Source of the DNA: Vicugna vicugna
Taxonomy: Eukaryota
Reading direction: 5' to 3'
DNA: 64,000 nt
NCBI GenBank assembly: GCA_013265495.1
Contig: MU058658.1
Location: forward strand, 433,059 to 497,058
The position numbers and the translations under genes are program-made. Below the pieces are notes generated by a model. The model did no database searches. It saw nothing but the letters and a program-made list of their open reading frames with translations, and was not told the origin of the DNA. Positions 1 to 12,091 of this stretch are shown here, one piece after another (the first letter of the stretch is position 1; each line of letters starts with the position of its first letter).

Positions 1-156
<156 letters not shown>

Positions 157-2129
157 TCAAGCTTATTACTCAGGTGCTGGTTAGGGTGCAGGGACTCAGG
201 CCTGAATCACCGAGGCCTCCTGAGGGCCAAGCTCTGTGCGGGACTCAGGGTGGAGGTGGAAGCAGCCTTTGGATATAAGGCAACTGTGGCTGAGAGAAAA
301 GCCTCCCCTAGGGGAATCTATCAGCAATGACACAGACAGCGGTGTTCTGTGAGGACGGTGGAGGGGCAGAAGGTAAGTGCTCTGGGAAAAATGTTCATGA
401 GGGCAATTCCAACAATGGTCACAGCAGAGGCAACAGCTGAGCCGCCCTGGTCCTCGCTGTGCACCTGTCCCAGGCTGAGGGCTTCACATGCTCAGGTAAA
501 GTGACTAAAGCTCCCTGGCTCTGGAGCCAGAATTCCAGGGTCTGAATCCAGGCTCTTGAATCTGACACTGCTGACTGTGTGACCCTGGGGAGGACATCCC
601 ACCATTTCTCTCAACATCCATTTCTGCACCAATACAGGAAACAATTCCCACTATGCCAATTCTGAGAACTAAAGAGAAAGTGTTCACACAGCAGATGCTG
701 GCACAGCTCAATGTATCTTGTGAATTTTTTTCTAATCCTCTGCCAGCCCCTGAGCTAAATGCCAAAATCACCTGCGTGTCACAGTCGGAGGCCTGAGGGT
801 CAGGCAGCTCTAGAAAGTCACCCACAATCTCAAATTTAAGAAACAGAAGTGGACACGGAATTGAACATTCAGCAAAATCCAGAACACAGTTGTCAGAGTT
901 GTCACATGGGCAGGTGGGGGCCAGGGGTACCTCGGCCAGAACTGACACAGCCAGGAAAAAACTATCCAAAGAGGTGATACTGATGCACAGGAAGAGTGAG
1001 GAGAGACAGCCCTGCAGAGACCTAAGAACAGGGCCCCACACAAAGGAAAGTGCAAGGGCAAAAGCCGTAAACTTGGGAGGAGTTTGGCAAGTTCAGGACC
1101 TCCTGGCCAGGTGCAGTGAGCTGGCTAAGAATGGAAAGGAAAAAGGCCTGGAGGCAGGCAAGGGGCACAGCCAGCAGAGCTCTGTGGGTCCCGCTTGGGA
1201 GGAAGATTGTATTTATTATAAGTGTGATGAGACCACCTGCTGGGGAGACCCAGTCATTCATTTAACCATTTGTTGAGTACCTTTTACAAGCCTAGGTACT
1301 CACAATCCCGGGCTAGAAAGAGATCCTAAACAAGCAACTAAGTAAACGAGCAAGACAATGTCAGAGGGACCTAAGATGCCAAAGTCAAGAAAATAGACTG
1401 AGAAAACTAAAGAGGTTACAGTCTGCTGTAGATGGGGCACTGGAAAAGGCCTCTTTCAGGACAGCACACTGGAGTGAGTCTGAAATAAAGTGAGGAGGGG
1501 AGCCACGTGGACGGGAGATTAACAAATCAGACAGGTCCTGACAGTCAATGAGGACTAGGATGAGGGTACTCAGGGTGACGGCTATGGACTTACCCACGAC
1601 CTGCTGCGCTTTCGTGTCCAGACGGACACCACACTCCTACACACTGTCCTCAATGACCATCTGAGTGGACTCACTTACCAACATAAGTGAATCTCAACAG
1701 GAAAACAGATTCACGACTGTCAGTGGGAAGCCAGTTCACCTGCTCTAACCTGAAAGATAAAATTCCCTGGCCTTCCTGGCCCCCAGCCTGTCCTGACACC
1801 TATTCTGTCCTAGCAGAACCGCAATAACCAAACTGCTGCAGGCTACTCCTGGCTCTTCCCCTCCCCAGCTCTTATCTTCGTAGAGATTACAGGACAGAGA
1901 AGCCCAAGGGTCAGATTCCCCCGGAGATGGGCCGCTAAGATCAGTGTAGGCCCAGGAGGCACTTCCGCGGAGAAAGAGCCAGAGCGATGCTCCCTGGACT
2001 GTGCTGGACACCAGGGAACACACCACCCACGTCCCTTTTCTAGTTCCCTTAACCCAGGTGCAGGAACTTTAATCTTCCTATTTTATAACGGAGAAAAGAG
2101 AAGCCAAGGCAGCAGGGGAAGGTGCTCGA

Positions 2130-2790
2130 GGTCACAGCCTCGGGAAGGAACGTAGCCGCAACACACAGAAAGGTCTCGGAAATGTCCGGCCTGCGCTCCT
2201 CCCCGCGGGTCGCTCCACGCAAGCGGGAGGGATTCCACACGGCATGCCGCTGACTGTCAGAAACGACCCTCCCCCTGGAGGCCCTGGGCTGGACTCCGAC
2301 CTGGAGCACAAGGGACCCCTCCGGAGGCGCGACGAACAGCGTCCTGGAGAGCACACGGCGAAGAGTCCGGGACAGCGCCGGCCGCGCAGCAGAGCGCCTG
2401 GGCCGCGCGCTGGGGGTCCGGGCGGGCGTGGCCTGGCGCGCCGTCCACTCACCTGCGCCGGAGTCACCAAGGCCGCCATCGGGCCGCAGGGAGGCTGGGG
2501 CCGTGCGAGGGAGAGGGCTGGGTCGGGGGCTCAGCTGACCCTCCCCGCGGTCACACAGGCGCACGGGGCTCCTCCTTGCGGTCCTCCCCGCGCGGTCCCA
2601 ACGGCCGAGCTAGAACTCACCGACCACAGACAACCGCCCCGACGCCAACAAACGCCCACCCAACGGCGCCGGAAGCCCCACCCCGACAGAACCGTCCGCG
2701 ACGCCCCTTTCCTGTGACGTCACCGGTCCGGCTGGCACCGCCTTCCCGTGCAGCACAGCCTTCTGGGTAATGTAGGTTTTCTCTGTATCT
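2130..2790 (-). promoter_or_regulatory. CpG-island promoter of the ZNF550-like gene
   Basis: CpG-rich; CCGGAAG (ETS-type) near 2669, palindromic CRE TGACGTCA at 2715-2722, ZNF143-type motif TTCTGGGTAATGTAG at 2761-2775. Confidence 0.8.
2453..2479 (-). CDS. ZNF550: First coding exon (MAALVTPAQ) of the ZNF550-like gene
   Basis: ATG at 2479 inside a CpG island, ending CAG|gtgagt (donor 2452); phase 0 joins the KRAB-A exon at 105 in frame. Confidence 0.8.
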
Positions 2791-3019
2791 GTCCAGGAGA
2801 GGGAGTCTCTGCCTCTTTAGGACCTCGGGGCCCAAAGACGTGGACTCTGACACTGGAAAAGAGACTGCAAAGGCTCTAATGAAGGCGAGGCATCGGATGT
2901 TCTAAAGGGGACGCACCCAGATTTCCCGGTTGTGTTTTCGGTATCTTGTATTTAAGATGCTCCTAACCGAGCAAGTGGACACATTGTACTGTAAACTTTT
3001 GAAGCTTCATATTTTGCTG

Positions 3020-3270
3020 TCCTCACAATTATGTTATGAGCACCCCGCCCAGGTGAGCTAGTATACCAGTGTTATAAGGCTGGCCCTTGACACAAGTTCC
3101 CCTTCGTGTCCTCCCCTGTGACCTAGTGACATCTCAATGCACCAATGAAATCCACTCATGACATTTGCCTGCATACTCCCCTGGCGCCCAATAATGGCAC
3201 TTGTCTCGGGGTCTCACTCTCTCTCTCCCTCCGGGATCTGGTCCTGCTTGGTTGAAGCCTCCTTACATAT
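3020..3270 (+). mobile_element. Old LTR fragment (MER73/MER74-like)
   Basis: gcaccaatgaaatccactca...cccaataatggcacttg...ggtctcactctctctc resembles recalled ERVL-type LTR consensus; family assignment tentative. Confidence 0.4.
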
Positions 3271-4086
3271 CATGATATCCTTCAGATATAGTATACCTTA
3301 AGTCATAGGTGTCAACTAATGAATTCCTTGTTACTCTTCAGAGACATGCAGACTGAAGCTTTACAATAATTGCCTAAGTTTCATTATGTTTGCTCAGGGT
3401 CAGGTGAGAAATGACTTCACACATGGCCATTACTGGGATGTTGGGGAAGAAGAGGTTAAATGTGCCTGAAACAGATGGATAATAGAAAAATTTTGCTTCC
3501 TATAAATTTTTAAATAAATTTCTGAAGCCCTGAAAACTTTGTGTTCAATATATAGAATACATTTATTTTATGAATAAAGAGAGAGCTTTGACATAAACTA
3601 TAATTTCAAGCTTATGTTATTATCCAAGTATCTGTATTTTCTTTCTGTCCTTTCTCTTTTTTGAACATATATTCCCTTTAAGGGAGACATTACATTGTAG
3701 ATTTCATTCAGCAAACAGGAACCAAAGAAAAATCAGAATGAGCACAGTGTGGTGCCACTCAGTCACCAAGTGCATGCTTTCAGCAGCTGGCAACCAGCAA
3801 GTCTTATCGTATTACTCTTCAACGTTACATAGATCAAATCTTCAGAGATAATTGTGTAGGCCTCCATACGTGCAGTCAAGGGACAAGAAAGAATATAGGT
3901 CAGCCAGGAACATGACGGGGAAATGGATGATGGCTGTCAGGAGACTCAGAAGGAAGTAGATATTGTTTCCCACACAAAAAAACTCTTCCCTACATTGAAA
4001 ACATCTCAGTGTTTGTGTTGCAAGCCCAGCACGCCCAACTACTTTTTCCATATATTATTTCTGAATCAATTTCCTGAAGCACATAC

Positions 4087-4447
4087 TGCTATGGTCTCGA
4101 CATTTCTGTCCACCTCTGTTCATTTGTTCAAAACCTAATGCCTAATGTCATGGCATTAGAGATAAGACACCTAGTAGGTGGTTAGGTCAGGAGGGGTCTA
4201 TCATCTTAAATAGAATTAGCACCCTTATAAAAGAGCCCCCAGATTGTTTCCTTCCCCTTCTGACATGTGATGACATAGAAGAAGGACCTTTCCTATGAAC
4301 TAGGAAGTGGGCTCTCACCAGACAGTGAAACTGTGGGCACCTTGAGTTTGGACTTCCAGCTTCCAGAACTGTGAGAAGTAAATGTCTACTGTTTATAAGC
4401 CAATGAACCTATGATATTTTCTTCTAGCAGTTTGTATGACTAAAACA
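4087..4447 (+). mobile_element. MLT1A-type MaLR solo LTR
   Basis: tgctatggtct...cccttataaaagag...ggacttccagcttccagaactgtgagaagtaaatgtctactgtttataagcc...taaaaca, the typical MLT1A layout. Confidence 0.85.
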
Positions 4448-5331
4448 GATAAAATTAATATTAAAATATGGGACTTATCTGAAAAGAAGAGCCACTAATC
4501 AAATGTTTTGCAATTACGACAGAGGCTGCCACGATCACAGTCTGAGCACGTGTGCAATGGGGGCATCGTATCCCCGAGATAAATGTTTGCTTATTGTCTG
4601 AGGATGAGGTCGGTGCTCCTATTAATTATCTTGAGAATTACCAAATAGAGTGAGGGGAACAAGGTCTGGCCTCCCTTTTCTGTACAAACTGTTTTTTGAG
4701 GTAAATGAACAGAAAATTATTGAAAATTCTTCTTTATAGAGGATTTCTAGTTTATAAAAGCAGAAATAGCCATCGAAGTAGGCTGCAAATGTTTCAACAG
4801 CTTTTGAAATAATCAACTACCCAATGATCGTCAGCGCATGCTCACGCAGTAGACTAGTAACACATGGCAGATTGTACTGGAGAGAAATACTAATAACAGT
4901 GGAACCCAACTGCAAAAGAGAGATGCCAGACCTGGAGGGCACTGATGACAGACACCACCCGGGGTCCTGCCTGGCTCAGTCGCTCTTCGGAGCACAGCCC
5001 ATCCCCCACCGCCCTGCTACATGGACAGTGGGGGCGAGCACCTCAACCAGGCTGGGCCAGTCAGCCTCTCTCTTGTGGATTCTAGAACAAGAACCTCAGA
5101 CCGAGGACAGACTGTGCCGGGCACTGGGGTGAAGGTTGTGTTCAGAAGGCATGTTTCCTGTCTGACGTCTCCGGTTGCAGAACCAGGAAGAGCAGGCAGA
5201 AGGAGACCAGAACACAGCGCACAGCAGGGCAGTGGGTAGAGGTGGGAGGCCTGAGAGGCTGTGCTTACCAGCCAGGAATGAGCAAAAGATTGATCAAGGA
5301 GGAAGCCTTGGGTTGCCCACATGGCAGTTAC

Positions 5332-5454
5332 CAAACAAGACTAGGAGTTCAGAGTTCTCCATCACGAGCCCCTACAGTGTCCTCTGGGCCAGGTCCAGAT
5401 GCCCTTATGTCTCCTAGGTGAAGACACAGTCACATCATTTAAGGTCACCAATGT
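5332..5454 (-). pseudogene. Dead orphan KRAB-A exon of the ZNF550 type
   Basis: Minus strand aag|TLVTLNDVTV [frameshift] FT*ET*GHLDLAQRTL*GLVMENSELLVLF G|gtaact; splice sites retained, three stops and a frameshift. Confidence 0.8.
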
Positions 5455-5699
5455 CTTGAGAGACAGAGGTGGCCATTTGGCCTTGGGTTTTTACTATTAC
5501 TCACTCACTGGGAAAGGTGGAGAGAGCCCCGGTCCTGAATCGCTGAGGCTTCCTGAGGGATGGGTTCTGTGCTGGCCTGGAGGACTAGGGCCATGTGGCC
5601 TGTACCGTGAATGGAATTGTGGCTGATAGAGGTCTCTGATTTGAGAAACCATTTCCGAGTCAATTCAAAATATAACAGCATGTGAAGCAATGCAATCAA

Positions 5700-7050
5700 A
5701 TGCTATGGTCAAAAACACCTGGTATCCAAACAGAATTAGCCAGTAAGGAGACAGGAATTTAATACATAATTAACAGCAAAAGAAACCAACTGAACAGAAA
5801 CACACAAGAATTATCAGACAATGACATCAAAAGAGCTTTTATAAATATCCAACATTTGTTCCTGCAAGTCTACAGAAGAAAGATGTTCATGAAGGTTATC
5901 CACTTACCTTCATCTAAGCAAGCAACAGTTTAAGTTGTCAACTGTCCCCTACTTTTTCTGTACAAACACAGTATCCATGAACAATCCCAGCAGTCTCTTG
6001 GAGAAAATCAATAAACTTATGCTAAATTATTATGTAATGCCAAGAAGTTAGAATAGATTAAATGCTTCTTTTTTAAAAACCAATATGAAAATATTTCTCT
6101 TCTTTTTAAAAAAATTTGCCATATATCTACACTAATTGTAGAACAATGGTAAAGTATAGAGAACCTGGATATATCCAAACCCTAATAATGCCAGTTTTTC
6201 TCCAATAAAGTTTCCAAAGGCATTTAAAGGGAAAAGGAGAACAGTTTCAACAAATTGTCCTGAAAAATCATATGGTGAGGCTTATGTGAAAAATAAAATA
6301 AAAAATGTAAAGCCTCCCCTCAAATCATTTAATGATTAATTTGAAATGGATCCTACACAGTTCTTAATGTCACAGAGAAAACACAGTATAAAAGATAACA
6401 CAGGAAAAATGCTCTTTGTCCTTGGTTCAGGGAAATAATTATTTAAAAAACAGAAAGATCATCAACCAAGGAAAATAAATCATCTGAAGTTAATCAACAT
6501 TAAAACTTCGCAGTTCAAGAGACAGTTAAGAAAGTGGAAACGCAAGTCACAACCTGGGGAAAGATATTTGCAAGAAATATACCTGATAAATGACTGTAAT
6601 TCTTAATATATAAATAGTTCTTATAACAATAACAAAAAATTACACTTTAAAATGTTCAGAAAAGCTTGGAAGGTATATATCACAGAAGAAGTATAAATGG
6701 TAAATAAGAAAATGAAAATGTGCTTCTTGTCATTACTCGCCATCCTAAATACAATTTAAAGCCACAGTGAGGGAGTACCACACACCACTGGAACAACTAA
6801 AATTCAAATACTAAATTGATGAAGATGTAAAACAGCCACAGCTCTCCTGTATTTCTTGAGGGAATACTAATTGATAAATAACTTTAGAAATACTGTGCTA
6901 CTCTCTTTAATGCTATCCATACAAACACCCATGATTTAGTAATCTCACTTGTAGGGTCTATCCATACGAAAGATGAAATCATACGATTCAGAAATACTTG
7001 GGGGAAATTATTCACGGTAATAACAGCTTCATTCACAAGAGCGAAAAAGC
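5700..7050 (+). mobile_element. Old, degraded L1 fragments
   Basis: A-rich sequence with L1 ORF2/3' phrases such as cgcaagtcacaacctggggaaagatatttgcaag, gcttcttgtcattactc and gatgaagatgtaaaacagccacagctctc. Confidence 0.6.
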
Positions 7051-7083
7051 AATATAATGTTTGTGATTTTACTTTTTTTCCCC

Positions 7084-7471
7084 TGTTATGGGTTAAAATA
7101 CCTAAACCAATCTCAAGAGAGTGGCTCATGCTAAGATCCAAGTCCACATGCTGAAACCTACCTCAATTTCTATTTCTTATAAACATCTGGCTCTTTCAGG
7201 AGTGGAAACCCAAGGCCAGCCAATCAGAATATGCCTGCTTAGCTTTATTATTTCATAGCCCAAGTCCAAACTTCCCTTTGCCCCCATAAGAAAAGTAACT
7301 GTGCTGTTTGGCTTCCTTGTTCTCAGGTAATTTTATCTTTATAATCTGCATATTCTGAATAGCTCTTCTGAACACCTTCTTGTTATCTAGACTGGAGCTT
7401 CCCAGTTCATAAATTGCTACTAAAAGCCAACCAGATACCAAAATTAAGGTCTGTGAAATTTTCTTTTAACA
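7084..7471 (+). mobile_element. ERV1-class solo LTR (MER34-like)
   Basis: TGTTA...TAACA termini, internal CCAATCAG, and a 3' end aattgctactaaaagccaac...gaaattttcttttaaca typical of this group. Confidence 0.65.
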
Positions 7472-8158
7472 TACATGTGTCTAGACTTTTCCCCCTCTTT
7501 TAATAGATTTCTATGGTCTGAATTTATAAAATTTAATTTTACATTCAATTCTTGAAATTTTATTTCTTTGCTTCCCCACCACCCACGTTTTTGGCAGGTA
7601 TAGCAATGCTACTTAGACATACCTGACATGTGTCCTTCTTGTTACACTTATTTAGGTATCAATAGAAAGTAGTTTTTTGCACGAAGACACAGTTTTGTAC
7701 TTACTGTACAATACCAAACTCTTCTGCAAACTGATTTTAATAGATACCCAGTGATAGTTCATGATATTTACATTTCTTCGATGTTAGCAGTGTTTGGTAA
7801 TGTCAGACTTACTGAGTCTCATCAATCTGATTGGTTTCATTTGCGTTTGTATTTTCTTGATGGAAAACAAGGTTCTTTTAAAAATTTTTAGTTTGTTTTT
7901 TGCAATTTTGATTTCAAGTTGGCATACAAGAATTTTGCCTTTTTGGGTTTTAAATCTCTCAATGTTAGTACTTATTGAACTCATTTATTATTTATAGGTT
8001 AACACTTTAAAAGTTATACATGGCTCAATAGCTTCTTATGTGTTTTCTGCTCGTTTCAATTTTTATGGTTTTTTTAAATATAAAAGAAGCCTGCTATTAC
8101 CATATAGTTTGTGTATATGCTGTGGTAATTTTTGTATTTGGATTGAGAACTCCAGGGG

Positions 8159-8607
8159 TGTTGCAAGGCAGGCCAAATAAACAGTTTTTTGAAATGTGAA
8201 ATAAAATGGAGTCACTTATGTTAAGGGGTTTAAATTGAAGCTGGGAAGGTATTAATTACCTGCAACTCCTCACCTGCTGAAAGCATGAACTTTCAATCTG
8301 GGTTAACCTGTAAATATTCCAAGGACTCTTCAAGAACGCCTGCAACTTGTCACAAAATGAACAATTACTTCGCCCTAGTGACAGCCTTAGCCTCAACCAT
8401 GTTCCGCCAAGACTAGCTTCAACCTCCAACTCTGATTAAAGTTTTTTGTAATTCAAACCTCTTTTTGTCTCTAAAGGCCCTGAATTTACTTTTTAGCTGG
8501 ACACCTTTCGGGTTGCCAATTGAATGTGTGCCCCGATTTGCAGTTCCTTGGTCCCAATTAAATGAGTTGAGCATGGTTATTATCTCTCAGGTTTATTTAT
8601 GTCAACA
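8159..8607 (+). mobile_element. ERV1-class solo LTR
   Basis: Inverted termini TGTTG...CAACA, aaaatggagtcacttatgttaa near the 5' end, ccgatttgcagttcc...aattaaa in the R region. Confidence 0.65.
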
Positions 8608-8909
8608 CCATCAACGTTAGACCTCGTTACCTAATTTTATGTATTTACTTTTTTTTTAGCGAATAATAAAGATGCTTTGTGGCATATAATTCCCCTTTTA
8701 ATTTCAAAATCTTATTGACATGGCTTTTTCTGTCAATTCTTACAAGATTCACATAAAAAACAAAAAACAAGGGCTGTGGTGTCTCAGTCTTTTCATACCT
8801 GGAATACTTTTTTCCAATCTTCTATCAATTTTTATGTTGAGAAATGTGACTTAAGTCACACTTTTATAAAGATTTTACATATAGGCTTTGCTGAGTCTAT
8901 TTTGATACG

Positions 8910-9600
8910 CGTGTAACGGTCCTGCCCACAGGGACTCGGCCCATTCCTGTCCCCGACGTTGGGGAAGGGCCTCACACGCACCTCAATCTGCGGGGCGAAG
9001 GGAACTACATTACCCAGAAGGATGTGCGCGGACGCCCTGCCCTCTACTCCAATGACGGCCCCTAATTGGGATATTTCCGTGAATATTAAATAGGACGAGG
9101 CGGGACTTCCGGCGTCTTTCTAACGGCAGTCGTCTGGTTGCTTATTACCGCCGGTTGTGGGATCTGGGGCTCTGGATCATTGGGTCTCGCTGAAGTAACG
9201 GAACCCGGAAAGGTTCCGAGGGGGCACCGTCCACGCTGCACAGGAGTGAGCGGGTTGCGGAATCTACTTCCGGGATTTTCACCTCAGGTGTCCGCCATTA
9301 TCCCGCGTGTCTCCTGGCCCCACGGACCCCAGAGGGTCCTATGGCAACCGGCGCGCTGACGGACCCGGCCCAGGTGACTTGCTCCCCAGATCCTGGGCTG
9401 ATCGTCAGGCCCCCAGTGAGGGCTCCTGCTCAAGGCCCTGCGGGTCAGGACTCTGTTTCCAGAACAGGAGGTGTGCACGTGTGGTGGCCCCGCTGCTGAC
9501 TGGCGATGTGATGAGTGCGGACAGTGTTAACAGCGGTGGACCCAGCGCGTGCAACGCCTTGGCGGTGCAGGTTAGTCCGGGAGCATTCGGGAAACCGGGG
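8910..9600 (+). promoter_or_regulatory. CpG-island promoter of the 12-finger KRAB-ZNF
   Basis: ZNF143-type ACTACATTACCCAGAAG at 9004, GC box plus ETS GGCGGGACTTCCGG near 9099, further CTTCCGG/CCGGAA sites, first exon inside. Confidence 0.85.
9341..9373 (+). CDS. Exon 1 (MATGALTDPAQ) of the 12-finger KRAB-ZNF
   Basis: ATG GCA ACC GGC GCG CTG ACG GAC CCG GCC CAG|gtgact; standard MAAAALxDPAQ leader of 19q13.4-type KZFPs. Confidence 0.85.
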
Positions 9601-10934
9601 TGGGAGTCCTTTCTGCAGGGAGCAGAGAATTTAAGGAGGAGTCAACAGTCTGGGCCAATAGTGTGAAGATTCTGGGAGCCATGGAGAGTTGTGAATAAAT
9701 CAGAAACACAGTCTGAGCTAGAGTTGGGAAAGTATTTCAAAGGCTGCTCAGACGAGAACAGACTAGGGAAGGCGATGAGGGTAGAAGCAGGGAGAGCCAA
9801 CTGCGTTAGACTCGGAAGAATAAGGTGGTTTCTGGACCAGAGTGGTGGCTGTGGAAGTTGTTGACCTGAAACAAATAGACTGCCCGCGATTTCTCCTCCA
9901 AGGATGGTTTTTGGGGGGGATCATCAGGGAATATTGAAATTGGGATGTGCTGCCAGGGTTAGCGAACACTGTCATAGAAATTTAAAAAAGGAAGTTAGAA
10001 GGGCTGTAGTCAGTGAAGCGTCCTTGGCTTTCATTGGCCGAGTCCTTTCCAGGGAAGAGAGCCCTTCTTCCTTCGGGATTCCGCTATTGTCTGAGGTCAG
10101 TGAGGGCTCACCCTTCTGGCGTGCCAACTCTAATTGAGGTTTCTGTTCATTAATTTTTTACAAAGGAATGTAAGTAATTAGATTCCAACAAACCTGGAAG
10201 ATAATTGGCAGGATTTCCTGGTGCAGTGACTGTGGCTCTGACATCAAGGACAGAGTGAAAACAGTTAGGGTTTTCTTTTGGCTGAGCGTTTGAAAGCCTT
10301 GAGATTGAGAAACTGATGTGGAAAGTCGGTTTCTGGGGGAGATTAAAAGGTGAATTTGGGACATGCTGTTTCTGAGATCCCAAAGTTGAGGTAACATATA
10401 GGCTGCTGGAATCCATAGTCTGGAATTGAGGCGGGGGGACGTCGCTGACTCAGTGATGTCCATGTGCTGACAGCCTAAGTCCTGGATTGGGGGGCCAAGT
10501 CTGGATCTCAAGTTGGGGGGAAGTCCTGTCACTTTTCTGTGAGCTGAAACCCTCTCATCTGTGAGATGAGAGAAGGGAGACCTGGGGCTGGAGGGCAGGG
10601 CCGAGTGGGTGGGACTTGCTGAGGCTGCCTGCAGATGGGAGGGTCCTGTGGTTCCAGGGCTTTCTGGGGAAGCAGGAGTGTAAGGAGTCGGGAGCCATGG
10701 CTTGGATGGAGATGGACAAGGAGGCGTGAGCTTGTGTAGATTCACTGCTCTGCACACCCAGCCGACTGTCCACTCCTTGTGGGGCCAGAAATGGGTCAGC
10801 CCCACTGGTGGGGCAGCCCAGGCCTGGTCACAGGCACGGGTGCCGCAGCTCCCCCAGGAAACTGTAAGGTAAAGATGTAAAGATTTAAAACCCTGTGTAA
10901 GCAAGTAGTAATTGCTTAAAAGGACTATATATGT

Positions 10935-11660
10935 CTGTGTTATAATAACATATAGATGTTTAGCTTTTTCTTGGGCCCTTCACCTCAAAATCTGAACCCA
11001 TTGGAGTTTTCTGGGAGTTGGGACTGTTTTTTGTTATTTACAACTAGCCCATTTTATACACAGCAGTTTATTATAACGAGGTGCCTTAGGGTCCGTCTCC
11101 TGTATATCCTCAGCTTGGGACTGGTCTCCAGAAAAATCAGGTGATTTGAAAGTTTAACTTTCATCACCATGAGGGGCCTCCCAAGAATCAGAGGGGAACT
11201 AGAAATTAGGTATAAAAGGTGCTGAACAGTGAAATTCAAAGAGCCTCTAAATTGGTGCACAGATTGAAATGATGGAGGTTCTGGGAGGGTGGCACGTACT
11301 GAAAGGGCCTGGAAACTGTCTGCTGCCCTCCACACCCCTACCTGGACCTAGGCCGCTCTTAGCCATTTGGCTGTTCCTAAGGTATCCAGTATAATAAATC
11401 AGAAAAAGTAAGAAAAGTATTTTCCTAATTTTTGTTGGTCCTTTTAGTAAATTATCAACACTGAGGTGAGATTCATAGGGAGGCCTGAATTTGTAGTCAA
11501 GTGGCACAGAAGTACTAGTAGCCTGGGGACCAGGGATCAAAACTGGTTCCTTAAAGGATGGCAGTCTTGTGGGACTGATTCCTCACACCTGGGACTCTCA
11601 CGAATTTCAGTACTCTAGTAAGGAATAAACTATAGGGCACCCCAGTGGTGTCATAAAAGC
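10935..11660 (+). mobile_element. MER21-like LTR in intron 1
   Basis: ggaggttctgggagggtggcacg...catttggctgttcct...tataataaatc...gtattttcctaattttt...ggcagtcttgtgggactga...cccagtggtgtc resembles recalled MER21C. Confidence 0.7.
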
Positions 11661-12052
11661 AAAAAGTTGGTGGTTTAAAAGAGATATTTGGTCCCAGAAT
11701 GCCTTGAAAAACATGTAAGAAAAAACTAATTTCAACAACATTTATGAAAATGTTAATCCTGTGTTCTGTAATTCCGTAGGTGAATCCTAGCATGGGAGAC
11801 GCATTTTGAGGTGTACACAAAATTATGAGATGGGCGTCCTAAGTGTTGCCATTTCACACATGAAGACACTGAGTCTGAAGGAGGTTGAGCCTTTGTCCAG
11901 GGCCATAGAGTTGTCCAGGTATAGTGCTGAAGATAAAGGATCTGAGGTCAGCCAGAGGTCATTCATCTCCAATAAAAGGAAGAGAGGGAAAAGGTCAGCT
12001 TTAACATCCTCGTGATGATCACTTTGATCCCAGGTCTTCTTTCTTTGCACAG

Positions 12053-12091
12053 GTTGCCATGGTAGGAGCAACACCTGTGGTCCCTGGGCAG
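12053..12091 (+). CDS. 39-nt in-frame microexon (VAMVGATPVVPGQ) of the 12-finger KRAB-ZNF
   Basis: tcttctttctttgcacag|GTT GCC ATG...GGG CAG|gtaagg; phase 0/0. A 13-aa segment occupies this position in ZIK1/ZNF419/ZNF549-type proteins (recalled). Confidence 0.7.

Noticed and set aside
2049..2853. Arg/Pro/Gly-rich ORFs in CpG islands (also 40254-41669 and 60645-61734)
   Set aside because: Stop-poor GC-rich sequence; only the short first exons are supported by splice signals.
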